The position numbers were made by a program, and so were the translations under genes. Below are positions 55,401 to 64,000 of a DNA stretch of 64,000 bases, piece after piece. Position 1 is the first letter of the stretch. Each line of letters begins with the position of its first letter. Source of the DNA: Candidatus Poriferihabitaceae bacterium (GTDB lineage: Bacteria > Pseudomonadota > Gammaproteobacteria > Arenicellales > Poriferihabitantaceae); the NCBI GenBank assembly GCA_965203365.1, contig OZ241878.1, forward strand, positions 3,495,503 through 3,559,502, in the 5' to 3' direction. The notes below the pieces were generated by a model. The model saw only the letters and a list, made by a program, of their open reading frames with translations, was not told where the DNA came from and searched no databases.

Positions 55401-57217
55401 ACAGGTCGTGATAACCGCGCTGGTGCGGTCAAGTGCCGTTCGACCGGCCGTCCGGATTGATCGGTCAGCCGCGTGATCACTGTGACCTCAATGGGTTTGT
55501 CAACATTCTTGGGTGTCGGGATTTCAATCTCCACTTGAGCCTGTCCCGACTCATCGGTCCGGGCATCACCAAAACGGGTGCTTTTGGAGGACGCCTCCGC
55601 ATCATAGCGACCAAAATGGTAGCGTTCGAAGCCCGGCATTTTCTCGGTGGAACGAGCGACGACCTGTCCTTCAATGGTCAAATCAGCCCCCGGTGCGCCA
55701 AACAGATAGCGGGCATTGATCCGCAAGGAAGTGTCATCCCCCAGACGAAGCGGTGTCTCGGGCAGGGCCAGATCGAAATCAATGCGCTCGGGCATAAAGT
55801 CCTCAATCAGCACGGACTGGCTGGCCAGTGCGATGCCATCGGGATCGGATTTGACGGCGATTTTCCAGACCCCCCGCGGTACATCGGCCGCCACGGGGAA
55901 GGAGAAGACATGACCGCCAGCCACGCCACCATCCGAGACCTCCCGACGATATTCGACCCCGTCGGGGCGGGATAAGATGGCCGTCAGCGGTAGTCCATCA
56001 ATCGCCAGTGCCTTGTCGTTGCGGGACAAGGCGGTGACATGGATCACCTCACCAGCCCGATAGACTCCCCGGTCAGTGGTCAGATAGACATCCACCGGCC
56101 CAGGCATCATCCGACCCTCGACGCCACGGTCCGACAAGTCGAAGGCCGGATCGGTGAGTAACAAGAAGCTGAAGTCCCGGTCGCCCTCCGAAGCGATCAA
56201 CAGGGCGGGGGCACTGCTCCCGGTGCCGCGCGTCAGGCCAGCTTCGAAATGTACATATCCTTCGGTGTCCGTCTGTTGGTCGGCAATCACCGAGTTGGCT
56301 TTCGAGATCAGCGAGACCCGGATCCCGGGGCGTGGCTTCGCATCCTGCAACCCGCGCACCGTGGCGTGCAGTCCGTCCGTCCCGAGGACCGTGCTGATGC
56401 CCAGATCCGACAACACAAACCACTGTGTGGCCCCACGATCAGCAAAAGGTTTGGCGTTCGGGATACGTGCGGTCAAGGCATAGATTCCCGTGGGCTGATC
56501 CGCAATCGCCTCGGCCATCGGCAGTCGAGTGGTCACGGTCTGATTCGGCTGGTGGGCGATTTCCGCGGTTCCAGTCCAGATGTCCTCGGCAATCTCGCTG
56601 GAGAAGTGCTTTTCCCGCCATGATTGGCCAATGAATGAACCAAAGAAATCGCCATACAAGGCGCGCAGCAGGTTGCGATCACTCACCCGACGCAAGATCA
56701 GATTCAGTGTGGGGACATTGACGGTCTCCACGGACAGGGCCGCCTCGGCCGATTTGGGCAGCACATAGCCCCGTCCTGGAAACCGGACGGAGGGCTTCAG
56801 GTTCGGGACAAAGTGGTTCAGTCTGATATCGCGGCTCAGAACATTGCCGGAAGCGGCCGGCAGACCTTGGCGCAGGGTCAGGCGGTAGCGTTTTCCGTGC
56901 GCAATCCCGGTGACGCACAGTCGGCGGGTATCATGGACTTGGACCAGCAGGCCTTCGTCCTTGCGCCGCACGAACGGGTCATAGTCCACGCCGGTTTGGG
57001 CCAGAGGCTCGAAAAACTCGACGCAGATGCTCGGCGTCGCGACATTGCCTGCGATGACCTCGCTGCCTATGACGCGCAGGGGGGGGGACTTGAAACGATG
57101 GAGACTCTCGGGTTGGACTATGCCATCCTTGACGCGCAGACCGCTGGCCTGGGCTGCTGTGGACAGCCAGAAAAGTGAAAGAAGGCAGGAGATGACAATG
57201 AATGAATGGCGGTGCAT
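52421..57217 (-). CDS. yfhM: bacterial alpha-2-macroglobulin family protein with thioester motif (YfhM-like)
   Basis: Thioester motif YPYGCTEQL. About 1600 aa. AGAGGGG Shine-Dalgarno before the ATG at 57217, and a signal-like N-terminus MHRHSFIVISCLLSLFWLSTAAQA. It pairs with pbpC as in many proteobacteria. Confidence 0.9.
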   Translation of the reverse strand: MHRHSFIVISCLLSLFWLSTAAQASGLRVKDGIVQPESLHRFKSPPLRVIGSEVIAGNVATPSICVEFFEPLAQTGVDYDPFVRRKDEGLLVQVHDTRRLCVTGIAHGKRYRLTLRQGLPAASGNVLSRDIRLNHFVPNLKPSVRFPGRGYVLPKSAEAALSVETVNVPTLNLILRRVSDRNLLRALYGDFFGSFIGQSWREKHFSSEIAEDIWTGTAEIAHQPNQTVTTRLPMAEAIADQPTGIYALTARIPNAKPFADRGATQWFVLSDLGISTVLGTDGLHATVRGLQDAKPRPGIRVSLISKANSVIADQQTDTEGYVHFEAGLTRGTGSSAPALLIASEGDRDFSFLLLTDPAFDLSDRGVEGRMMPGPVDVYLTTDRGVYRAGEVIHVTALSRNDKALAIDGLPLTAILSRPDGVEYRREVSDGGVAGGHVFSFPVAADVPRGVWKIAVKSDPDGIALASQSVLIEDFMPERIDFDLALPETPLRLGDDTSLRINARYLFGAPGADLTIEGQVVARSTEKMPGFERYHFGRYDAEASSKSTRFGDARTDESGQAQVEIEIPTPKNVDKPIEVTVITRLTDQSGRPVERHLTAPARLSRPVIGINPLFEGVIPRGTEAAFEIIGLSPDLTPSPMRLRWTLNRIKTRYQWYRLSNRWEWNWEPTQHRTPVASGELDFTSAPLKLNPPVDWGHYELVVQRIDRTYAESAIDFQSGWYQAADTSTTPDGLDISLDRDHYHPGDTAQLRIVSHIAGGAQIEVLSDRLIHRQMIEVPQGETVIPLQVTQDWGVGAYVTATVVRPMEVSTGRNPARALGVAYATVEPVDQKLDVTIDVPEVSIPRQTQSVRIRVDHAQADDPVWLTLAMVDVGILNLTGFASPDPQGHFFGQRRLGVDLRDVYGRLIDNRNGAMGTIRSGGDDNDDGMRRLSPPPTQDLMAVFLGPIPVSSQGEVELDIALPAFNGTVRLMAMAWSSKAVGQAEADMIIRDPVVVTASLPRFLAPGDRSRMLLEIVHTAGPVGVMGLDLSVPSELELGIRPTRFALRSGGKAVFSVPVRAKALGDPEIQVTITTPDDQILAHRFRLPVRANDPLVAQTRRFNLSHEDRFVFSSDIFEDFLPRSASAVLSAGPLAQFNTAGLLHKLDRYPYGCTEQLTSMTLPLLYLSSVAQASGLGDKPKVKQRVQDSIQRILTRQSRNGAFGLWYPAGGDFWLDAYVTDFLSRARALGHPVPDHAFALAMENLRNRVNSATEFDLDGHTIAYALLVLARERAALVGDLRYYADAKGEAFGTPLAAAQLGAALALYGDRTRSDHMFRLAENRLAKQEQHQRNSWRPDYGTQPRDAAALLTLALEAGTEAIDREALIQQVSSNHPERWSPQELTWTLLAAHALISDSVSSGLRVNGRPVTGQFVRTLKDGQPEELNLTVDPGRSIDGVLTVIGIPKIAPPARGFGYIIERRYYSMEGDPLAPFDFLLGDRFVTVLEVTPHQDMGARLMVDDPLPAGIEIDNPHLLRSGDVQSLKWLDLSKATHTEFRSDRFLAAVDLPRRSESQMVRTITLAYVARAVSPGQFHHPAASVEDMYRPLNRANTETSHVTIR

Positions 57218-57808
57218 GAGCCCCTCTTCTGGGTGGTAAGGTTCGAAGTTGTCGAATGGAATCGATGGAAGGCGCACAGTGTACTCAAGGCCCGGTGACG
57301 GCAAATTGGTATCCGATGACAATGTGTGAGCGATCTGGCAGGTGAAATTCCTGCGAAAAGATGCCAAGCGGGTCTCCGGGGGATCGTTTCGGGCCGGTGT
57401 TCGGTTTCTTGACCCACCGGCACAGCAGGTGACTGTCATGCGCGAGACGATCGACTCTGTACCCGCCATACCGCCCGATCTCACGGGAGCATCTGTCTTG
57501 GAAAATGCTTTGGCTTGCCGCATCGGGGTGGACATGATAGGCTGTTGCCCTCATCAAGCCCGCTGGCTGTGGGAATTTTGGGGGCGGTATCGACCGCCAA
57601 TCATTGCCCCTTGGACCATGATGCGGGTGATGCGGCCCCCTCGGGTATCGAGTGACTTTGGAAGAATTCATACATCGTGGACATGACGCCCCAATTTATC
57701 TTTAGCCGGAAAGTCCATCTCATGGGATGGTCATGCCCACCGCCATGAATCGGACCATTGGTCGGGCTGACTTGAAATTCGACTTTCTGTCCCGACAAAG
57801 GAGGTGGC

Positions 57809-58099
57809 ATGAATCCGGCAACTCATGACCACTCGGCCGGCGAGGGGTCATCTGGGGTGGTGGGGGCGCGGTCTGGCGGGAGTCGGGACGCCCGCTGCCG
57901 ACATGGTAGCGATGGTGATCCCCGTTTTCAGCGGAAGAACCCACTTGGCCTGCGGCCCGATGATGAGGGCAATGTCTGGTGTGCGATGGGGCCCGTTCCG
58001 TTGCCGTCAGCCGAGCCCACCGGAAAACCCAGCGTCAGAGCCGAAGTTGAATGCAATCCGGCCAATGCCATGTCACCGTTGATCGGCATGGAGCGCTGA
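57809..58099 (+). CDS. hypothetical 96-aa ORF with a strong Shine-Dalgarno (doubtful)
   Basis: AAGGAGGTGGC precedes the ATG at 57809. The product is Gly/Arg-rich with no recognisable family. The opposite strand shows more protein-like but frame-broken stretches. Confidence 0.2.
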   Translation: MNPATHDHSAGEGSSGVVGARSGGSRDARCRHGSDGDPRFQRKNPLGLRPDDEGNVWCAMGPVPLPSAEPTGKPSVRAEVECNPANAMSPLIGMER

Positions 58100-58124
58100 T
58101 TGGCCTGCTGCCTAAAACCCTGTC

Positions 58125-59507
58125 GTGTCGCACAAACTCTACATCCACACCTTCGGCTGCCAGATGAACGAATATGATTCATCGCGCATGGCCGACCTGT
58201 TGTCCGAATCCCATGGGTTTGAACGGATCGATCACCCGGAAGAGGCGGACATGGTCCTGCTGAACACCTGCTCCGTGCGGGAAAAGGCCCAGGAAAAGGT
58301 CTTTTCGACCCTCGGGCGCTGGCGCCAGATCAAGACGCGGAAACCGGGTTTGGTGATTGGCGTGGGCGGATGTGTGGCCAGCCAGGAAGGGCAGTTGATC
58401 CTGCAGCGGGCCCCCTATGTGGACCTGGTGTTCGGTCCCCAGACATTGCACCGACTGCCGCAAATGCTGGAGGAAGTGTGGCAGGAGCAGCGCCAGGCGG
58501 TCGATGTCCGTTTCCCGGAAATCGAGAAATTCGATCATCTGCCCCTTCCCCGGGTCGATGGGGTCAAGGCCTTCGTGTCCATCATGGAAGGGTGCAGCAA
58601 GTACTGCTCGTTCTGCATCGTTCCCTATACTCGTGGAACGGAATTCAGCCGACCGCTGGATGATGTGATTGAGGAAGTGGTGATTCTGGCCGAACAAGGG
58701 GTGCGGGAAATCAACCTGTTGGGACAGAATGTCAATGGCTACCGGGGACAGACACACGATCATCGCGTGGTGGGATTGGCCGACCTGCTGCACTATGTGG
58801 CGGCGGTCGACGGGATCGACCGGATCCGGTACACCACCTCTCATCCGGTGGAATTTACCGACGCGCTCGTCGACTGCTATGCGACGATTCCCGAGCTGGT
58901 GAGTCATCTGCACCTGCCGGTACAAAGCGGATCGGACCGGATCCTGGCCCGGATGAAGCGCGGGTATACGGCCGCAGACTATCTGGTTTGGATTGACCGG
59001 GTTCGGACCCACCGTCCGGACATCTCCCTGTCGTCCGATTTCATCGTCGGTTTTCCGGGCGAGACGGAAGCGGATTTTGACGCCACCCTGGCGTTGATCG
59101 AGCGGGTGCAATATGATCACAGCTTCAGCTTCATCTACAGTCCGAGACCCGGCACGCCCGCCGAGCGACTGACGGATGACGTGTCCATGGAAGTCAAGAA
59201 AGCCCGACTGGACCGATTGCAGCGGACCGTGCTGGAATCGGCGAACCGGATCAGTGCCGCCATGGTGGGAAGTGTGCAGTCGGTGCTGGTGGAAGGTCCA
59301 TCGCGCAAGGATCCCGCACAGTATTGTGGCCGCACCGAAAACAACCGGGTGGTGAACTTTGACGGGGATGAACGTCTGGTAGGACAGTTTGTGAAGGTCA
59401 CCATCACTGAAGCACTGCCCAACTCGTTGCGGGGACAGCGGCCGGGTGAAGGCCCAACGGAGGCACGGTCTATTGGCCATTTCGTGCCGGAAATCAAGTT
59501 TGTCTAG
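58125..59507 (+). CDS. miaB: tRNA-2-methylthio-N6-dimethylallyladenosine synthase
   Basis: N-terminal [10 protein letters not shown], radical-SAM cluster CSKYCSFC, and a TRAM-like C-terminus. Confidence 0.95.
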   Translation: MSHKLYIHTFGCQMNEYDSSRMADLLSESHGFERIDHPEEADMVLLNTCSVREKAQEKVFSTLGRWRQIKTRKPGLVIGVGGCVASQEGQLILQRAPYVDLVFGPQTLHRLPQMLEEVWQEQRQAVDVRFPEIEKFDHLPLPRVDGVKAFVSIMEGCSKYCSFCIVPYTRGTEFSRPLDDVIEEVVILAEQGVREINLLGQNVNGYRGQTHDHRVVGLADLLHYVAAVDGIDRIRYTTSHPVEFTDALVDCYATIPELVSHLHLPVQSGSDRILARMKRGYTAADYLVWIDRVRTHRPDISLSSDFIVGFPGETEADFDATLALIERVQYDHSFSFIYSPRPGTPAERLTDDVSMEVKKARLDRLQRTVLESANRISAAMVGSVQSVLVEGPSRKDPAQYCGRTENNRVVNFDGDERLVGQFVKVTITEALPNSLRGQRPGEGPTEARSIGHFVPEIKFV

Positions 59508-60477
59508 ACCACGCACCTTCGAATTGCATCCGGCGGAAACCGAGCGCCTGGCGCTACTCTGTGGTCGGCAAAATGCTAATCTGGAGCAGATCGAATCCTA
59601 CTTGGGGGTCAAGATCACGCAACGCCACAATGTCTTCAGTGTGGTCGGCAGCCACCATCGGAGCGTGCGGGCAGAAACGGTCTTGCGTCGATTGTTCGAA
59701 TTGACCGAAAACCCCGGTGAACCCATTCAGCACCGCCAAGTCAATCTGGCCCTGTCCCGGGTGGAAAAAGGCGAGGCGGGGGAAGGGGACCGGGAGCTCG
59801 ATGATGACGAGGTCATCATCCGCCTGCGCAAGCAGGTGATCCGGGGGCAGAACCCTCGACAGCGGGATTATCTGCGCCGAATTGCCGCCCATGATATCAA
59901 TTTCAGCATTGGCCCGGCGGGTACTGGCAAAACCTACCTCGCGGTTGCCTGCGCCGTAGCGGCCTTGGCGGATCATCAAATCGAGCGTATTCTCCTGGTG
60001 CGCCCGGCCGTGGAGGCGGGGGAGAAACTGGGCTTTCTGCCCGGCGACATCGGTCAGAAAATCGACCCCTACCTGCGCCCCTTGTTCGATGCACTGTACG
60101 AAATGCTTGGCTTCGAGCGAGTCGGCAAGCTGATTACCCGGGGCACCATCGAACTGGCCCCGCTGGCCTACATGCGTGGACGCACACTGAACGAATCCTT
60201 CGTGATTCTGGACGAAGCCCAGAACACGACCGTGGAGCAGATGAAGATGTTCCTGACCCGAGTGGGGTTCGGCTCCAAGGCCATTATCACCGGGGACATC
60301 ACCCAGGTCGACCTGCCCCGGGGACAACATTCCGGGCTTAAGCATGCTGGGCGAGTGCTGGCCGACATCGAGGGCATCAGTTTCACCCGGTTTCTGCCCC
60401 GAGATGTGGTCCGTCACCCGCTGGTCCAGCGGATCGTGCAGGCCTATGAACAGGCCGAAGGATCCATCAGCCAGTGA
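59500..60477 (+). CDS. ybeZ: PhoH-like ATPase (YbeZ)
   Basis: Walker [13 protein letters not shown] and ILDEAQN. It follows miaB as in E. coli. There is no ATG downstream of the miaB stop, so I propose the TTG at 59500. The listed start at 59446 lies inside miaB. Confidence 0.85.
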   Translation: MSRPRTFELHPAETERLALLCGRQNANLEQIESYLGVKITQRHNVFSVVGSHHRSVRAETVLRRLFELTENPGEPIQHRQVNLALSRVEKGEAGEGDRELDDDEVIIRLRKQVIRGQNPRQRDYLRRIAAHDINFSIGPAGTGKTYLAVACAVAALADHQIERILLVRPAVEAGEKLGFLPGDIGQKIDPYLRPLFDALYEMLGFERVGKLITRGTIELAPLAYMRGRTLNESFVILDEAQNTTVEQMKMFLTRVGFGSKAIITGDITQVDLPRGQHSGLKHAGRVLADIEGISFTRFLPRDVVRHPLVQRIVQAYEQAEGSISQ

Positions 60478-60986
60478 CTCCGGTCTCCCGATTCGGTCCA
60501 CTGGCGCTGGATCTGCAACTGATGACCGGTGCCAAACACCTGCCGGAGGCTGCCGCATTTTCCCAGTGGTGTGAAGCCACTTTGAATGCAGTGGGATCGC
60601 CGAGGCGCTCACTGGTCATCCGCCTCGTCGAGGCGGCGGAAATCCGGCAGTTGAATCGGGATTTCCGGGGCATGGATCGCGTGACCAACGTGCTGTCGTT
60701 CCCTTTTGATCCGATTCCGCAAGTGGAGGAGCATTGGCTGGGGGATGTGGTGGTCTGTGCTTCGGTCGTGGCGGATGAGGCCCAGGCACAGGGTAGGCCT
60801 CTGCGTGACCACTGGATGCATATCGTGGTTCACGGTCTGCTGCATTTATGTGGTTTCGACCATGTAGGAGAGGCCGAGGCCAAGGTGATGGAAACGCTGG
60901 AAGATCAGATTCTGAAGACGCTGGGCTGTCCGGATCCCTACCGGATAGCCGGTTTGGCCAAGGCTCGCACGAAAGGGGGCGCATGA
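60474..60986 (+). CDS. ybeY: rRNA maturation endoribonuclease YbeY
   Basis: Zinc motif HGLLHLCGFDH. The start overlaps the ybeZ stop. Confidence 0.9.
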   Translation: MTPVSRFGPLALDLQLMTGAKHLPEAAAFSQWCEATLNAVGSPRRSLVIRLVEAAEIRQLNRDFRGMDRVTNVLSFPFDPIPQVEEHWLGDVVVCASVVADEAQAQGRPLRDHWMHIVVHGLLHLCGFDHVGEAEAKVMETLEDQILKTLGCPDPYRIAGLAKARTKGGA

Positions 60987-62455
60987 GTTACCTGTTGGCT
61001 GGTCTTGCCGGGGCGCTGTCGGTGGGGGCCTTTGCACCTTTACAGTGGTGGGGTCTGTTCTTCCCGGCCCTGGGTGCCTTGGTTTGTCTGTGGGAGCAAG
61101 CGGGTCGCGCCAAGGCGTTCCGGTTGGGCTTTTGCTTCGGCCTGGGGCAGTTCGGTGTCGGGGTGTCCTGGGTCTATCTCAGCATTCAGACCTTCGGGGG
61201 GATGCCGCCAGTGCTGGCGGGCCTTTGCGTGCTCGGATTTGTCGGTTTCCTCTCCTTGTATCCCGCCTTGGCGGGCTGGCTGCACGGCAGACTAGACAAG
61301 GTGGAACCCGCCATCCGATTGGGGCTGATCCTGCCCGTGATCTGGGTGACGATGGAGTGGTTCCGGGGCTGGTTGTTAAGTGGTCTGCCTTGGCTCAATG
61401 CCGGGTATGCTTTTCTGGAGACGCCGTTGGCCGGTCTAGCCCCGATCGGCGGAGTGTATTTTGTCGGCCTGCTGGCGGTGTCGAGTGTGGGGATCCTGGT
61501 CGCATTGATTCGACATCGCGGGACCACCATCATTCCGGTCGCATTGATGGCTCTGATCGGCTGGGGGGCGGGTGGACTTCTGGATGGGCATGCATGGACC
61601 GTTCCTCAGGGTCGTCCCATCTCTGTGGCCCTGATTCAGAACAATGTGCCGTTGCAGGAAAAGTGGGAAGCGGACAACCGGGATGCCATCATTGACGAGT
61701 ATCTGGCCCGGAGCGCGGAACATCGCGACAAGGACCTCGTGGTCTGGCCGGAAGGGGCGATTCCCGACTATCTGCAGAATCTCGCCCCTGAATTCTGGGA
61801 GATGCTTGTCGATCATCCGGCCGATATTGCGTTCGGTACGCTTCATCGACCGCCACCGGGACGGTACTACAACAGTCTGGTCGCCGTATCCGATGAGGTC
61901 AGGCTCTACAACAAGCAGCATCTGGTGCCGTTCGGGGAATTCTTCCCCCTGCAGGGACTGCTGCATCCCATCTTGCGTCATCTGACCATTCCGATGGCGG
62001 ATTTTGCGTCTTGGGAAGCTCCGCAGCCACCGTTGCCCTTGGCGGAGAACCTGGCGGCGGCTTCCATATGCTATGAGGATGCCTTCCCCGAAGTCTGGCG
62101 TCACCAGGTTCCGGATTCCGGATTTTTGCTCAATGTCAGTGAAGATATGTGGTTTGGGGACTCCCTGGCCCCGCATCAACGGTTGCAGATGGCCCGGTTC
62201 CGGGCCCGCGAAACCGAGCGTCCCATGGTCCGTTCCTCCAACAATGGCCTGTCGTCCTTGATCAACTGGCGTGGCCGCATTACCGATATCGCGCCCCAAT
62301 TTGAACAGGCGGTGGTCACGGGGACCATTCAGCCAAGAACCGGCATTACCCCTTATGTTCGTTATGGCGATCGGGTGGCGCAGATCACGGCCATTCTGAT
62401 GGTGATGGCGGGCTGGTGTATGGGGCAGCTTTTGTCCCGCCGTCGAACCCGGTAA
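60983..62455 (+). CDS. lnt: apolipoprotein N-acyltransferase
   Basis: The ATG at 60983 overlaps the ybeY stop as ATGA. Multi-span N-terminus followed by a nitrilase-like domain with WPE, K and SICYED (catalytic Cys). Confidence 0.9.
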   Translation: MSYLLAGLAGALSVGAFAPLQWWGLFFPALGALVCLWEQAGRAKAFRLGFCFGLGQFGVGVSWVYLSIQTFGGMPPVLAGLCVLGFVGFLSLYPALAGWLHGRLDKVEPAIRLGLILPVIWVTMEWFRGWLLSGLPWLNAGYAFLETPLAGLAPIGGVYFVGLLAVSSVGILVALIRHRGTTIIPVALMALIGWGAGGLLDGHAWTVPQGRPISVALIQNNVPLQEKWEADNRDAIIDEYLARSAEHRDKDLVVWPEGAIPDYLQNLAPEFWEMLVDHPADIAFGTLHRPPPGRYYNSLVAVSDEVRLYNKQHLVPFGEFFPLQGLLHPILRHLTIPMADFASWEAPQPPLPLAENLAAASICYEDAFPEVWRHQVPDSGFLLNVSEDMWFGDSLAPHQRLQMARFRARETERPMVRSSNNGLSSLINWRGRITDIAPQFEQAVVTGTIQPRTGITPYVRYGDRVAQITAILMVMAGWCMGQLLSRRRTR

Positions 62456-62900
62456 ATGCCTTGTTCCGTTTCAGTCATCGCCTGCAAGACACCGATCACG
62501 GCTTTGTCCCATGGTGGCTGAAATTCAGTTGGTCAAACGGGCTTTCGGAAGTGTCTGTCTGACGGTCGGCTCATGCCATTGATGTGTGGATATGTGACTT
62601 GGGCAGGCTGGTGCCGGGAGACGCCAACCTGCAGCACCATGGCAAGTTTATTCCTTTCCGGGATGACGACAGGGTTCTCGTCGATCATCTGTTGGCAAAA
62701 CATTCACCGAGACGATGACATTTCATGGATCCTCCCAAGGGCGTCATCCGGGTATACGACCGGATGAAGATTGATCAGGGAGATACATTGTCCCAGAGGG
62801 AATGCATCCGAATGGCCGTGCGCTCTCACGCCCGTAGCTTGCCTGGCATCGGCGCGGCCTGATAAAATCCCGATCAAATGGGAAACAGGAGTTGGGGAAT

Positions 62901-63368
62901 ATGAAAGTACTTCTCTTTATCGTGGTGGCAGGTCTCATGGTGCTGGTCCCCGTCGGCACCTTCGCTCAGGCCGTGGTGCCCGAAGCAGAAAGGCAGGCTG
63001 CTCTGGACGAACTGACGGCTGGCGCACCGACAGAATCCTCGGGCATCAAGGCAGTCAGGACCTTCGGCCCCGTATCGCTGGCTGGCGAATTCAACGACCC
63101 CACGGACCGCATGCTGCGGACCCGCGAAATCGTGTTCGAACCTGACGCCGTCGTCGCACTTCATCGGCACCAAGGGCGTCCCGGAGTCGCCTACATTATC
63201 GAGGGCGAGATCACGGAGTATCGCGTTGGTGCCGATGGCCGGGCCACCACCGTCGTCAAGAAGGCGGGAGACACGGCCCTGGAGCAAACCGGCGTCGTTC
63301 ACTGGTGGAAGAACGAAAGCGGTAAGATCGTGCGGGCGCTTGTCGTCGATATCATTCCGGCAAAGTAG
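62901..63368 (+). CDS. secreted cupin domain protein
   Basis: AGGAG Shine-Dalgarno 9 nt before the ATG at 62901. Signal peptide MKVLLFIVVAGLMVLVPVGTFAQA. Cupin-like HRHQGRPGVAYIIEGEI ... GVVHWWKN. Confidence 0.7.
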   Translation: MKVLLFIVVAGLMVLVPVGTFAQAVVPEAERQAALDELTAGAPTESSGIKAVRTFGPVSLAGEFNDPTDRMLRTREIVFEPDAVVALHRHQGRPGVAYIIEGEITEYRVGADGRATTVVKKAGDTALEQTGVVHWWKNESGKIVRALVVDIIPAK

Positions 63369-63552
63369 TCAGAACGGGCAGGCACACGTGGCCTGTTGAT
63401 CGTCTTCGGGTGCCGCCGACGGGTCGTCTAGGTCTGTTACCCGGGAAATTGATCCTTCATGACCGTGCCCACTTCGAGGCCCCAACATCAGCGGCGAAGC
63501 ATCATGGACCTTCAACTTTTCCCGATCGGCTCGGAAAATGATCCACTGTCAC

Positions 63553-64000
63553 TCATGATTTTCCATGCTTTGGCTTTGGCGCAGTGGATTTGAGTCCATC
63601 AATGTGCTCGTAGAGCCCATCGCTGATGTCAGTTGACCAGATAGGATCCAGAACCACATCCATCCCTTCATGGCGGGCGAGTTTAGCGGCCGGAATGAAA
63701 TCCCCGTCACCGGATATCAGGATGATTTTACGAACCATCCTTTTTAGCGTCAGGGAAGCCATATCCAGGCCAATCTTCATGTCGACCCCTTTCTGGTTCA
63801 AGTCGAATATCACGTCGTCTCTGGTCAGTTCGCCGACTGTCATCTTCCGATCCAGCAGTTTCCTGGTGACCTGGGGCTTGATCTGCCAAGAGTTGCCTAC
63901 CAGATGTCCGAGCCGGAGGGCCACCTTCCTTTGCTTCTTCAGAAAGTCCTATCGCGGCACACGAAACAAGGCCCCCTTGATCTTGGAAAAAATCAAGGGT
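63553..64000 (-). pseudogene. NYN (LabA-like/PIN-like) domain protein, interrupted by an in-frame TAG and running off the window
   Basis: The C-terminal part has the NYN motif KGVDMKIGLDM...IILISGDGDFIPA. Upstream in the same frame ...PLIFSKIKGALFRVPR-TAG(63949-63951)-DFLKKQRKVALRLGHLVG continues to the window edge. Confidence 0.55.

Noticed and set aside
58179-59516. 445-aa minus-strand ORF over miaB (the same applies to 59554-60612 over ybeZ and 61436-62299 over lnt)
   Set aside because: These are antisense shadows of housekeeping genes that carry clear catalytic motifs on the plus strand.
1-64000. CRISPR arrays, rRNA genes, transposases/integrases, prophage genes
   Set aside because: I scanned the intergenic regions and ORF translations. 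I found no regularly spaced direct repeats, no DDE/tyrosine-recombinase-like proteins, and no rRNA-like segments. The only tandem repeats are the RTX nonapeptide units inside a CDS.

Overview
By eye this is a GC-rich proteobacterial chromosomal segment. The synteny looks gammaproteobacterial: miaB-ybeZ-ybeY-lnt, zapB-like/zapA-6S RNA-5-formyl-THF cyclo-ligase, trpBA, hrpA, and pbpC next to an alpha-2-macroglobulin gene. I support about 58 protein-coding genes, one ncRNA (6S RNA, invisible to the ORF track), a few promoter, terminator and operator candidates, and several decayed gene remnants. I found no CRISPR array, rRNA, tRNA, transposase or integrase.

The most interesting block is a roughly 13 kb array on the minus strand (6805-19758). 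It opens with a PanB paralog, then a four-gene Rieske oxygenase system that I read as methanesulfonate monooxygenase msmABCD. The large subunit carries the unusual CxH-X26-CxxH Rieske spacing, which I counted directly. A sulfonate-type ABC importer follows, with one binding protein, two different permeases and two different ATPases. The array ends with a GldF/GldG-type ABC system.

Other accessory items:
- a solitary class II Fic protein;
- an N-terminally short ANL ligase translationally coupled to a thiolase that lacks the second catalytic Cys, lying beside bioMNY;
- an orphan RTX-repeat protein flanked by ORF-poor DNA containing gene debris;
- a tightly overlapping seven-gene lipid-modification cluster (FAD oxidoreductase, DUF1365, chalcone-isomerase-like, MFS, DUF3833, SDR, CFA-synthase-like) that resembles the furan/cyclopropane fatty-acid clusters of other proteobacteria.

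All functional calls rest on motifs I could read in the translations plus recalled family knowledge. No database search was run.
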